Part shown: in pieces, positions 26,196-38,920 of the stretch
Position numbering within the stretch: position 1 is the stretch's first letter
Layout: each line of letters opens with the position of its first letter
Source: Ylistrum balloti
Lineage: Eukaryota
Direction of reading: 5' to 3'
Assembly (NCBI RefSeq): GCF_031769215.1
Contig: NW_026782039.1
Location: forward strand, 372,001-436,000
Length of the DNA: 64,000 nucleotides
The notes under the pieces: model-generated
Seen by the model: only the letters and a program-made list of their open reading frames with translations
What the model was told of the DNA's origin: nothing
The model's database searches: none
Translations under genes and position numbers: made by a program

Positions 26196-26462
26196 CTCTA
26201 AGCTCAGTCTGATAGCCATTTCCATGTCGCGCTCAAAATCAAGGGTGAGCTTATCTCTCGCACATTCAGCTTGTTCCTCATCGCTGTCATCTCCATCGTT
26301 TGAACCCTCTTCGTCACTGTCGTCATCGTCTGAGATAACGATGACAGAGTCCATTTTTTCTTCCATTGAGTGCACGTTTATTTTTTCCTCTGTGGTTTGT
26401 TGCGTGTGTAATGCACATTCGGAACTCTCCGTCAACATAGAAATCGCCAACTCGTCCAACAT
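26196..26462 (-). CDS. SIMC1: SIMC1-like gene, exon 1 (SIM plus UIM-like motif)
   Basis: ATG at 26462. Encodes VIVISDDDD (SIM plus acidic tract) and ERDMEMAIRLSLE (UIM-like). Donor GAG|GTAATA is phase 0. An alternative phase-0 donor CAG|GTAAGT lies at 26121. Confidence 0.7.
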
Positions 26463-26719
26463 TTAAGTTACTGAATACCAATTCGGCCGAAGAAGTGACA
26501 GACCTGGACAAATCAATAGACTCACTGTATATAAAAAAAGATCGTGTATTGTTTGTAAAGTACTTCCATGTTTAACATGGCTTAAAACATACAAATTACC
26601 TCTCATTGATTAATAGCGTGGTTAAACTCTTTACAGCTTGTGTTCAATCCTACCGTTAGATATAAAATAAACACTATAGTATGTGAAATGATAGATAAAT
26701 CTCGAAATTACACTTGTAT

Positions 26720-26875
26720 NNNNNNNNNNNNNNNNNNNNNNNNNNNNNNNNNNNNNNNNNNNNNNNNNNNNNNNNNNNNNNNNNNNNNNNNNNNNNNNNN
26801 NNNNNNNNNNNNNNNNNNNNNNNNNNNNNNNNNNNNNNNNNNNNNNNNNNNNNNNNNNNNNNNNNNNNNNNNNNN
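26720..26875. other. Assembly gap (N run)
   Basis: Run of N. Confidence 1.
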
Positions 26876-29800
26876 CGTTTTTATACACTCTAAATTAGTG
26901 TCCGTGACGCATTAGTTTTGGACCCCTTAAGAACCCAACATGCGAAATTGCCATCAAACAAATACATACAAGAATTCAAATGAGTTCACACAATTTGATT
27001 TTTTTTTAAACTGAACGTTGAAACACCAATATCTTTATAAAAAAAAATATCCACAGATTCGTCTTAAATTTTGCAAACCTGAAATGGTTGACATGTGTTT
27101 CGAGCATGTGACTGCAATTTCCTTTCTAATGACATAACTAATTCACAGAGACGTTTGAGTTAGCTTAGTGAGATTTTTTATAACACAAACTAATTAAATG
27201 AAGTTATTTTTTTATCGGTCGCTTTACAATTTGCAAGTGATGTACCCCCACTGTTACATGTAATTCAAACTTGAAATGAGTCATCAAAAATGATAAATTA
27301 AAAATCCCAACTTTTTCAATATAAGACGTCCTTGTTTGGACTTTTGCAACCAAGAAGGCGTGTCCTATTATTCCTGGTCGATTTTCATTCTTTGAACGGA
27401 CGACAAAAAACTGGCATTCGAGGATGGATTGATTGGTTATATCTGAGAGGATGCTTGACATGTAAATATGTGTACCAAGAAAAAATACACAAATTTGCTA
27501 AAAAAAATATATTCTCAAAAAAATTATGGTGCATGGTTTTAATTACAAATTTTCCTTTTTTGACTGGAAGCCTAACATGTTATAGAAACCAAAAAACACC
27601 AGGTGCGAGGTCAAGCAGGTCAATAGTTCTAAGTGATACGGCTCTACAAATTGGCCGTTCCGAAATATATAACGGGCCAGAGCAGATGTCTCCACGATAC
27701 ATAGACTCCGTCAGCTCCTTATGGCAACAGAAAAATAGTATCAATCAATATTCAAGCAAATTTAACTGGGATCAGTAATTGTTAAATATAATGAGCATCT
27801 CTGCCTGAGGTTTCAGCTGTTAATGTATTCGTGTGCCCCTCTTTCATATTTTTTAACTTAACGTTTGTTAAACTTGTTTGGCACTCGGAATCAATGTAAA
27901 AACAAAATAGCTAACATGAATGGGACAGTGGGTGTCCGTCTAGGGACCGATCAGTTACTGGTGGATTGGGAACAGAGAATGTACATGTCCAGCTTATGAC
28001 ATTTGGGTCGAGTTTGTATTGAGCAAAATCATTTAAACGGGACGAGTCGACTATGTATCTGCTCATCCTGCACGATGATTTCCGAACTTTTGTCATCACG
28101 TGATGGGGATTTCCCTATACTTCCCCAATGTCGAAATCAACCAATGAGAAAAAGACAAATCGTACAGTTTTAAAAAGAAGAAAAAAAAATCAATAGCCGT
28201 TGCAAAGCATTATGAACGGTTAGAATTGCTAGTAAGCAATGCGTTGGTAACCAACACGTAATACATCACTGTATTGCCTAAGCTTACAGCCGGGTGACGA
28301 GTCAAATAGGGATTCCCAGGTAGATATCACGACATTGCCAAATATATATTTCTATGGAAATCCCCACAACGCTGGGTAGCCACTGGTGTATTGTTTGTTT
28401 ATTACCAACATAACGTTATATGTTAGTTTGATGTGGTCTAACACTTTTAGTTGCCCTTTGGTTATAATATGATTATAGTGACATATTGTAGTTCTCAATA
28501 AGTTATGGGAAGATGCAGAAACATGATCAACACAACGATAGCTTTCATCTTCGTTTTTACTTGTAGCACAGAGGCCTAGGTATCGCCAAAACATAGAAGG
28601 TTAGATAATTACAGTAGTCGCCCTTGGCCTATTGGTATCATGTACACATTTGATCCTTCGTTCTCGAGATATACATTATTTAGTTTAAACCTGGACTGGT
28701 TAAAGGGATCGCCTTGATGTTAATATGGAGCTTTTCCAACGCGGGGACACAATCAATGGTCCAGTATACCGCCTGAAGCGTATAGTTTGATGTACCCATT
28801 AGAGACGAGAGCGAGTTTCAGCCCGACAGGGACATGTCTACTTAGCCATCTCGACATGTATTTCCGAATTCGTCAGGTCATAACAGGGTCCGGGTGATCA
28901 GTACTCACTGGAAAGATAAAGCATTTCTCTTAAACGCATTAGATGTGTTACCAAGATCTACGGCCCCCAGAATATATACATTTGTATCAAGAGTTACATC
29001 CTTTGCACTGTATAATGCATATATGTTCCGTGGATTGGGGATTCGTGCCAAGTCCCAGGGGCCATGGGCCCATGTTTAAGTAAAACCACAAAACTTTACA
29101 TCATAAGAATATATGTAAAAAAAAACATGCATCGCTGATTGATATTGATAACTAATTTAACCTGAGCCATTTCAAGGTATTTTAGAAAAATATTAATATA
29201 TCGTTTTGTAGATAAAAATTCAAAACGTATGCCTCTGATCAGTCAGATTTAACATTTCTTAATCCATCAGTCTAAACAACAACAACAACATCTGTAAGAA
29301 GGGGGCCGTGATTCGGCTGTCGCTTAGAGAATTCTCCTCCGCAATATTGTGTACTCATATAGAGACCTGAATTGATGATCGGCCTATACTGAAGTGATTG
29401 GGTCATTTGATAAGATACTTTACCCTAATTTTTCTGGATGACACGTGATGATGGACCTCCCGGTTGCTTTTCAGTGAGGTAGCCACCAGTCACTAATGGG
29501 AGCCCCCATAATGTTCAATAGTATATCAATATAACACATATAGGTAGTTCACAGGGGTGTAGATAATTACTTGCATATATACACTTAGGTTGGTGTAGTC
29601 TGGGCCCCGATAATCTTATCACTGGGTGTACAGCTTCGGCCAGTTAATTAATTAGAGACAATCCCCACTTCCTTGATAATCAAACTTATGCAATTTCCCG
29701 TTCGGACAGTGGCCACCTAGTAGTAGAGTAATTATTAGGGTCTATTTCAAGTAACAAATTAGCAGGAGGAATCTCAACCTTGCACCTCGAGTACAGGTGG

Positions 29801-30779
29801 CTATACTTCAACAATCGTATCATCTAGCAACAATTGAAATCCATATTAGGGGATGGCCGGACAAGCTTGGTCCAGAGTAAGATAAAAGGGGGGAGATCTT
29901 TAGGTTAGAACACACTGCCTTGGGGGAGTCCACCAGACGGACAGACGACACCACACCTGTATCCAGTGCCAGCAATAAACTACAGAAGTACCAGCAGCCG
30001 AGTTTGTCTCTTGTTTTGTTACAAAGTGGTACAACCAGCATATAAACAACAAATGATAGAAGAAAAACCATCCACCAAGATCACTCTGGGATCTACTGTA
30101 TGTACATGTACTTTACACAGAAATTAACTTCTTAACAACTTAAAAAGCCTGGGAGCGAAATGGATTTGCAAATTTTGTGATTGGTGAACACATCGTGTGG
30201 TTGTTAAATATTTGTAAGTCAGCCGCTAAGTTTTGGATATTCTGAAAGGTGGAATCACTTTGGAATGATTTACCAAACAGTGAATTTAGCTTTTATTTGG
30301 TAGTAATGATCTCTCTGAGGACCTAAACTATTTTGTCTTTACACATGTGCAAAATTTCATTAAATCCAGCAAAAGGTTTTAAAGATTCTTATACGATGAT
30401 GTATTTATGTCTGTGTGTGAATGCTTAATCATGTATACATACGTAGGTGGCAATGGACTTGTTGTGTATAGCATCGTATGGTGACCACACAAATGAATTT
30501 GATAACACTAGACTGGTTGTTCATTGTTTGTTAAAAGTCATAGTACATAACCATCCTAGATGTTTCTCCCGCTCTCTAACTCGGGCCCATGCATTTCCCC
30601 GCTCTCCTCTCTGCCCAGTGTCCCGGCTTCAACTCTCCCTCGGACTCTCTCGCAATACCTAATATCCCATATACTTTAGTTTTACAACTTTTCTATCATC
30701 ACGCCCATTGTGCATATGATTAAAAGGGCACGTAAGTCTAGGAGTACCTGTTATCAACCCCACACCCTTTTGATCTACC

Positions 30780-33700
30780 TTCAAATTCAAATTCATTTAT
30801 TGACTTTGAGCTTTACAGCTCATCAGTATGTACACAATACAAATAAATACAGTGGCAGGCAATGCAATACCGCAGTGGAGAATGGACAGAAAATGCATGT
30901 AGTTACATTTATTTTAACATTATATCATGCTATTCCTCAACTGGGTGGCATCATATATATAATTAATTAACATAGTTAATTCTTTAAAGTTCGTTGTACT
31001 CAATAATTGTATCAGCTTGAAAACTGATGGTTTTTTTCCAGTAATACAATTTTATACGTCTCTCTCTTAAAGCTTGATAAAATGGACAAATAAACAAAAA
31101 ATGATATTCGTCTTCAATATCTTCAGAATTACAAATTCTGCATATACGTTCATTTCTAACAATGTTTCGGTATCTCCCGGTTTCACTATACAGCATATGC
31201 GCTGATAAACGTAATCTAGTTAGAGCAATTCTATTTCGCTTTGGTATATATTTACATAAATATTGTTGCAATGTTAAATTATCAACTAAATGTCTATACA
31301 AAAAACATTTCGAGGAATTCTCTAATATTTCAAACAATTCTTGCCGTGCATTATCAAAGATTCTCTGTTTAACAATTGGCAGGGCAACAGACGGGTTCAC
31401 ATTGTGTTGATTCAACCACACTTCGCCAAGACCGAGTAAAAAAAGTTTGTCTTTCACAAAAGTTACCCAATTAAGAACAGTATTTCGCTGTGGCATATAC
31501 ATGAGTTCATCATAAGCAGTTTTAAGAACACAGTTCTTAGTATTTAAAAGCTTGAACCAGTATTTAATTAAATTATAATGTCTGGTATGTACAATTGGAA
31601 GTCTACCCAATTCAAAATAGATCATTACATTGCATGTTGACTTCTTAACACATAATATCCTTTTGCAAAATTCCAGGTGAACTTTCTCAATATCTATGCC
31701 TTTGCACGAGCCCCATACCTCAGATGCGTAACACAGTATACTGTTAACATATGTATCAAAAAGTTTAATCAAGGTATGGCAGTTTAAATTCAAATTTTTA
31801 CATTTTGTATATAAGGCAAATACTGACTTTCGACCTTGCCCGGATAATTGCTTTTGTACAACATTAAATTTATTTTTCCATTTAAAAACGATACCTAAAT
31901 AAGTAAACTGTTCAACGATTTCTAATTTGTTTCCATCGAAGAACCATTCCTCGTTATTACGTAAGCGGCCTCCATTTCTAAAGACAACAGTCTTAGTTTT
32001 TGCCGTGTTAACGGTCAATTTCCATGAATTCGCATATATAGACAAACTAATTAACATATTCTGTAGCTCACTGGCTGATTCTGCAAGTAGCACCAAATCA
32101 TCCGCATACATTAATAAAAAGAGACTGAGTTCTCCAAAATCATACGGCCTAATACCGTTAGCAATAAAGTCATTTTCAAAATCATTTACATACATTGAAA
32201 ACATAATTGGGGATAAAATTTCCCCTTGGGCGAGACCCATATTGTTTACAAAAAAATCGGAACATCTTCCCTTAGATGAGACACATGTCTTAACTTTTTT
32301 ATACATAGCTTTCAAAATTGATAACAGCCTTCCTCGAACTCCTAATTTTGACAATTTATACCACAATTTACAACGATCGACAGAGTCGAACGCTTTCTTG
32401 TAGTCAACAAAACAGTAATACAAACGTTTACTATCATTTAGAGATTTTGTAATAATGGCATGAAGCGCGAAAATGGCGTCAACCGTACTTGTTCCAGGAC
32501 GAAAGCCAAACTGTGCATCTGTGATAATGTCATTCGCCTCCGACCAGTCTACTAGTCTTTTGTTCAGTACAGATGTAAAAAGTTTCGCCATACAGCTCAG
32601 GAGACTTATTCCACGATAATTATTAGGATCGTTTTTATCACCATTTTTAAACACCGGGACCATCACCGCTTTAGACCATTCTTCAGGGAAACATCCAGAG
32701 TTAAATACATTATTAAAAATAGTGTGTAAGGCTTGTAGTAAAATGTCACCAGCTTCAATAAAATATTCGTTTAATAAACCGTCTAAACCATGCGCTTTTT
32801 CACGTTTTAGATGCTTAATAGCGCTTTTAATTTCGTCCCTAGATATACTACGGTCAAGCTCATCAAAGACGGTTTTCACATCAACATTAACCTCTAAACG
32901 TTCATTATCCGGCGGGTCAAGATTCATGGCTAAATCCTTGAAGTGATTAAAAAAGTCATCCAACGACACATTTGAAACATTGGATTTTGTAGTTGAGAAT
33001 TTTTTATAAAAATACCGTGGATTGGTTTTCCGTAAGTGTTCCATCATATCTCCCTCGAACTTCCTATATTGCCTTTTACATGCGGCTTCAGAACGTTTGT
33101 ATTCCCGTTTCCTTCGTATTAAAAGTTCATGGGTTACATCACATTTATTTCTATTAAAATTATTCAATGCAGTCAGGTATTCTCTCCTCAAAGCACGCAA
33201 CTGCCTGTCGAACCAAGGCTTATTATCTTGGTGAACTCGTGCACGTGGATGGATTTGTCCGATGACCTTGTCGCGCTGTCACGTGATGACCCGCGTGACC
33301 TCGTAGTAAACGGTGATAGTATTTGTAATAGTTCATGCGTGAATTTGTAAACACTGGAATTTATGGCCTCTTGTGTTGTCTCCCCGTCAATAGTAGCAAC
33401 CTGATTAATCTTGTCTATATTTTCCCTGATTGCAACTAAGCATTGTACTTTACATTGTTCATTCCATTTATATGTTGGTCTACTTACACCAGTTGACTCG
33501 TCTGTGATGGGCGCGTCCCGCGATACCCTCACACGTAGTTCCACGTGCAGGGGGGCGTGGTCAGAATATTCATTGAAGTTACATACAATAAAAGTTTTAT
33601 TATGCGGGAAAAGTGCAGGGTTCGCTATAAGATAAATCAATTGTGCTCATGCCATTTGTACCATTAAAAGTAAAAACATTTGATAACTTTTCTGGGTCTC

Positions 33701-34007
33701 TGCCATTCAGTATCCTCAGACCTGTAGCTTTACACAAATTCAATAATCTTGTACCATATTCATTGCGGACATTGTCTGGGTTAATACGTTTATCCATAAT
33801 AACATCATTTTCATAATTGAAAAAGTTACGTACATTTTGTTTCAAATTTTTAACCAAATCATCGTTTTCAATAAAGTCATCATCGTTTCGAGTTCTGCTA
33901 TTAAAATCTCCAATCAAAATGACCTCATCCAAGTTTGAGTACTCGGCTATAGAGGTTTCAATTTCAAAAAATAAATCACAATTATATTTTGCATAATAAT
34001 TGTACAT
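30780..34007 (-). mobile_element. Non-LTR retrotransposon (RTE-X-like), 5'-truncated, ORF2 with frameshifts
   Basis: Endonuclease motifs (ILIGDFNSR, STID, SDHAPL) are split over the 33600-34007 and 33188-33640 ORFs. RT motifs (YRGISLLS, QFGFR, FVDYKKAFDSV, GLAQGEILSP, YADD) and a C-terminal ETGRY..CRIC..EDEYHFLFIC lie in the 738-aa ORF. The 3' end is AATAAA-(TGAATT)n near 30780-30800. The clade assignment is from memory of motifs. Confidence 0.93.
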
Positions 34008-34200
34008 TGTTTCTTATCTTGTTTACTAACATATATGTTCGACAGCGCGAGACGTGTGTGTGAGGGATGGTGTGTGAGGTGGTGTGTGTGAGCGTAAGCT
34101 GCATGCATGTATTATATATTATTATATATTTATATGTAAATGTATTACTTTTGTGCCTATGAGCCGTAAGGCTCCTGGCTAATAAAGAATCTGAATCTGA
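33990..34200 (+). mobile_element. 3' tail of a second related LINE/SINE, opposite orientation
   Basis: Ends in the GAGC-CGTAAG-GCTC hairpin, AATAAA and GAATCTGAATCTGA, paralleling the 3' end of the adjacent LINE. Confidence 0.55.
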
Positions 34201-35267
34201 GACATGCAAGAGAGAGCATCTCTCTGTCCTGATCAAACATACCCGCGATATTCTGCCACGGTGCTTCAACACTGGGGTGCACACCCCGCCCGTTATCAGG
34301 CGTGCATCACTACCTGTCACTCACGGGATTTTTACCTCGGTCCAGCATTGACTGACTTTTGACCTGATGTACTTTAAACTAAGATGCTGCTCTCTACTAT
34401 ACACACCATTCCAAAATTACCATTAAACCCATTTTGTTACAACGGATGGGAAAATGTAATTCAATACTTCTTTGATTGTATACTGTATACACCACAAAGA
34501 CAAGTTATGATAGATGGTATCTCACGTTAATGTGATGTTTCTGTTGGTGTTATTCTTTCTGGTTCCTCAAACCTGTCTGATGAAGAGAATGAAAATATTT
34601 TTATTTTAGTTCAAACATACATAAAAAATAGTAAAAGATTTAAAATGATGAAGTATTTCTTTATTTTTCTGTTCTGTTATTCGTGTTATTATTTTGAAAA
34701 ATAGATGTTTGTTCATCTGGAAAATCACTACATTACTTTATATTGTTATAAACGTTATGGATTATTTCGCAAAGATTAACTTTACTTTAAGTAAACAGTT
34801 TTAGTGTAATATAAAAAGGGTTGCTTTCTGATGTTTAGCCAGTTAATGACGATGTCCTTAGAGTACTTACCTGTGAAATTATGTACTCACCTGTAATGTT
34901 TTCAGTTTAATGTTCACCTCAACTAAGCTGATTATCTTATCTAGAGTGATGTAGTTGGCGAATGTCAGCTATTCTATTCTATTCAGTTTATTTCCAAATG
35001 CAGTACAGCATATAGGATTTACAAATCAGGGTACACAACAATATCAATACAGTTTATGCAACATGACGGTGGAGAACACTACACACAATTAAAACGTAAA
35101 TAATTTCATCAGGTATTCTGACAGTAGCAATTGTTTCCCAATTAATTTCGATTTGATCTCACAAGTTTTTCTAACTTATGAGATACAAATAATTGTAATC
35201 AACTTATTGGATACAGACAATTTTACGGATTTATAGTATAGTTATATAATTTGTAGTTAAATTACAA

Positions 35268-35490
35268 NNNNNNNNNNNNNNNNNNNNNNNNNNNNNNNNN
35301 NNNNNNNNNNNNNNNNNNNNNNNNNNNNNNNNNNNNNNNNNNNNNNNNNNNNNNNNNNNNNNNNNNNNNNNNNNNNNNNNNNNNNNNNNNNNNNNNNNNN
35401 NNNNNNNNNNNNNNNNNNNNNNNNNNNNNNNNNNNNNNNNNNNNNNNNNNNNNNNNNNNNNNNNNNNNNNNNNNNNNNNNNNNNNNNNNN
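35268..35490. other. Assembly gap (N run)
   Basis: Run of N. Confidence 1.
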
Positions 35491-36029
35491 ACACCTAAAT
35501 ACTTATTTCTCATCCTATTTGATTTAATCATTCATGCTTTAAACGTTTTTCAACTTTTCACCTTGGTAACTATGGTCTCTCCTGTCATGTAGAATGACAA
35601 ACGGTTATATACATTTTAACATGTGAATTTTGTTATCATTAGCAAAAATAAAACAATTTAAGAGAAATGGAAATAGGAGAGGGTCTTGGATAACTTCAGA
35701 TATGAGAATTTAATTCAATCAACCAATTTAATTTGATTAATTAATTTGTACATGTATCATCTAAAGTATGGATAATTGAATTATTTTATAATGACTAGAT
35801 AACATGTAATTTACATAACATTGAATTTATCTTGTGGAATAACACTGATTCTTAAATTTCATCCAAGGAGCCCCTATCCTAATGATTTAAATAAATGGCA
35901 TACAAATAAGCATACATTTGTATATGTATTTCCACCACATAGCATTAATTTAACAGATTCACATTAGTTAAAAATTGGTGAAAATTATGGAGCAGTTTCA
36001 CGCCTGTCATAATGATTTCATTGAAAATA

Positions 36030-36330
36030 TTCTCTTTCTTTGTGAGATATGAAACAGTACGAGTTTGATGCTCATTAGTTTGCCTGTTGGTTCTGTTGTC
36101 GCAACCTTGCTCTCATTTGAAACCGTGGCATTATTTACTTGGATTGACCATGATTTACATGGCGGGTGTCGTCGATGAAGCAGATGATTCTTACTATTTT
36201 GATTACCTGGTCGTATTCTCCCTGTTCTTTTTTGAGTTGCCATTCTAATCTTTCTTTTGTCCAGTTTTTGCCCAATTGTTTTATTTAATTTGAGTTTGGA
36301 TTATGTTTACATTGACCTGTTGGTAATTTG
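36030..36330 (+). mobile_element. Penelope-like 3' end fragment
   Basis: Similar to 1845-2110: GTTTGATGCTCATTAGTTTGCCTGTTGG, GGCGGGTGTCGTCGATGAAGCA, TTGAGTTTGG. Confidence 0.6.
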
Positions 36331-36479
36331 TTGTTGTGTATTACAAAGTATATATCTTATTGTCATACAGTAACACTGTATAGGACTCGACAGTGATGCT
36401 AAGCGCCTACAGTTTAAAGTATAAAGTAGTAATAATAGTATACACTGTATACAGTTACAAACTCTAGGACACTACAACG

Positions 36480-37425
36480 ATCTTAGGTGCGTGTATAAAC
36501 TGTATAACTTATAGCCTGGCAGTAACACACTCAAGTACTCGTCAGTGATACTAGGTATCTGGAATTTATAGTATAAACTGTATAACTTATAGCCTGGTAG
36601 TAACACACTCAAGTACTCGTCAGTGATACTAGGTGTCTGGAATTTATAGTATAAACTGTATAACTTATAGCCTGGCAGTAACACACTCAAGTACTCGTCA
36701 GTGATACTAGGTGTCTGGAATTTATAGTATAAACTGTATAACTTATAGCCTGGTAGTAACACACTCAAGTACTCGTCAGTGATACTAGGTGTCTGGAATT
36801 TATAGTATAAACTGTATAACTTATAGCCCGGTAGTAACACACTCAAGTACTCGTCAGTGATACTAGGTGTCTGGAATTTATAGTATAAACTGTATAACTT
36901 ATAGCCCGGTAGTAACACACTCAAGTACTCGTCAGTGATACTAGGTGTCTGGAATCTATAGTATAAACTGTATAACTTATAGCCCGGTAGTAACACACTC
37001 AAGTACTCGTCAGTGATACTAGGTGTCTGGAATCTATAGTATAAACTGTATAACTTATAGCCTGGTAGTAACACACTCAAGTACTCGTCAGTGATACTAG
37101 GTGTCTGGAATCTATAGTATAAACTGTATAACTTATAGCCTGGTAGTAACACACTCAAGTACTCGTCAGTGATACTAGGTGTCTGGAATTTATAGTATAA
37201 ACTGTATAACTTATAGCCTGGTAGTAACACACTCAAGTACTCGTCAGTGATACTAGGTGTCTGGAATCTATAGTATAAACTGTATAACTTATAGCCTGGT
37301 AGTAACACACTCAAGTACTCGTCAGTGATACTAGGTGTCTGGAATTTATAGTATAAACTGTATAACTTATAGCCTGGCAGTAACACACTCAAGTACTCGT
37401 CAGTGATTCTAGGTGCTTGAAGTTA
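36480..37425. repeat. Tandem array, 78-bp unit, about 12 copies, containing a hammerhead-core remnant
   Basis: 78-bp spacing (36601, 36679). The minus strand of each unit has TATCA-CTGACGAG-TACTTGAGTG. It explains the 306-aa ORF. Confidence 0.95.
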
Positions 37426-37737
37426 TAGTATAAACTTACATTCATGTAATTATACACCCCAAGACTTATCAGCAATGTTAGTAGGTTGATGCTAGGGGTT
37501 TGAAAACCCTATACATTACAGTTAAGTAATGATGAACTAATGTAAAGTGTTCAATGCTTTTATTTACCGTCTCAATTTTACAATATCATCTCTTCAAAAA
37601 CATGACAAATACTTAAAATCATGTTTCATGTACAACGATACTTTTACTCATATAGAAACAGCGTCAACACGTTATAAGATAAATAGCATAAATCTGGACG
37701 TACTAGTACACAATATCAATGTGTTATATCTAATATA

Positions 37738-38920
37738 TCTGAATAAGATTTTCCATTGTAACCTACTGAATAAGATTTCCATTGTAACCCGTGCTTGACT
37801 GAATAAGATTTTCCATTGTAACCCGTGCTCGACTGAATACGATTTTCCATTGTAACCCGTGCTCGATTGTATAAGATTTTCATTGTAACCCGTGCTCGAC
37901 TGAATAAGATTTTCCATTGTAACCCGTGCTCGACTGAATAAGATTTTCATTGTAACCCGTGCTCGATTGTGTAAGATTTTCATTGTAACCCGTGCTCGAC
38001 TGAATAAGATTTTCCATTGTAACCCGTGCTCGACTGAATAAGATTTTCCATTGTAACCCGTGCTCGACTGAATAAGATTTTCATTGTAACCCGTGCTCGA
38101 CTGAATACGATTTTCCATTGTAACCCGTGCTCGATTGTATAAGATTTTCATTGTAACCCGTGCTCGACTGAATAAGATTTTCATTGTAACCCGTGCTCGA
38201 CTGAATAAGATTTTCATTGTAATCCGTGCTCGACTGAATAAGATTTTCCATTGTAACCTACTGAATAAGATTTCCATTGTAACCCGTGCTCGACTGAATA
38301 CGATTTTCCATTGTAACCCGTGCTCGACTGAATAAGATTTTCATTGTAACCCGTGCTCGACTGAATAAGATTTTCCATTGTAACCTACTGAATAAGATTT
38401 CCATTGTAACCCGTGCTCGACTGAATAAGATTTTCATTGTAACCCGTGCTCGATTGTGTAAGATTTTCATTGTAACCCGTGCTCGACTGAATAAGATTTT
38501 CCATTGTAACCCGTGCTCGACTGAATAAGATTTTCCATTGTAACCCGTGCTCGACTGAATAAGATTTTCCATTGTAACCCGTGCTCGACTGAATACGATT
38601 TTCCATTGTAACCCGTGCTCGATTGTATAAGATTTTCATTGTAACCCGTGCTCGACTGAATAAGATTTTCCATTGTAACCCGTGCTCGATTGTATAAGAT
38701 TTTCATTGTAACCCGTGCTCGACTGAATAAGATTTTCATTGTAACCCGTGCTCGACTGAATAAGATTTTCATTGTAACCCGTGCTCGATTGTATAAGATT
38801 TTCCATTGTAACCCGTGCTCGACTGAATAAGATTTTCATTGTAACCCGTGCTCGACTGAATAAGATTTTCATTGTAACCCGTGCTCGATTGAATAAGATT
38901 TTCATTGTAACCCGTGCTCA
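37738..38920. repeat. Tandem array, 33/34-bp unit, about 35 copies
   Basis: GACTGAATAAGATTTT(C)CATTGTAACCCGTGCTC. Confidence 0.95.

Noticed and set aside
26900-30420. GC-richer non-repetitive region upstream of the SIMC1-like start (possible divergent gene or LTR element)
   Set aside because: There are no recognisable motifs, no consistent ORF or splice chain, and no paired LTRs that I could verify by eye.
30795-30830. CTGATGAG-CTGTAAAG-CTC-AAAGTC at the LINE 3' end as a hammerhead
   Set aside because: There is no GAAA box in the required position. It is better explained as the LINE 3' hairpin.
36472-38905. 306-aa and several 80-200-aa repetitive ORFs
   Set aside because: They are products of the 78-bp and 33/34-bp arrays.
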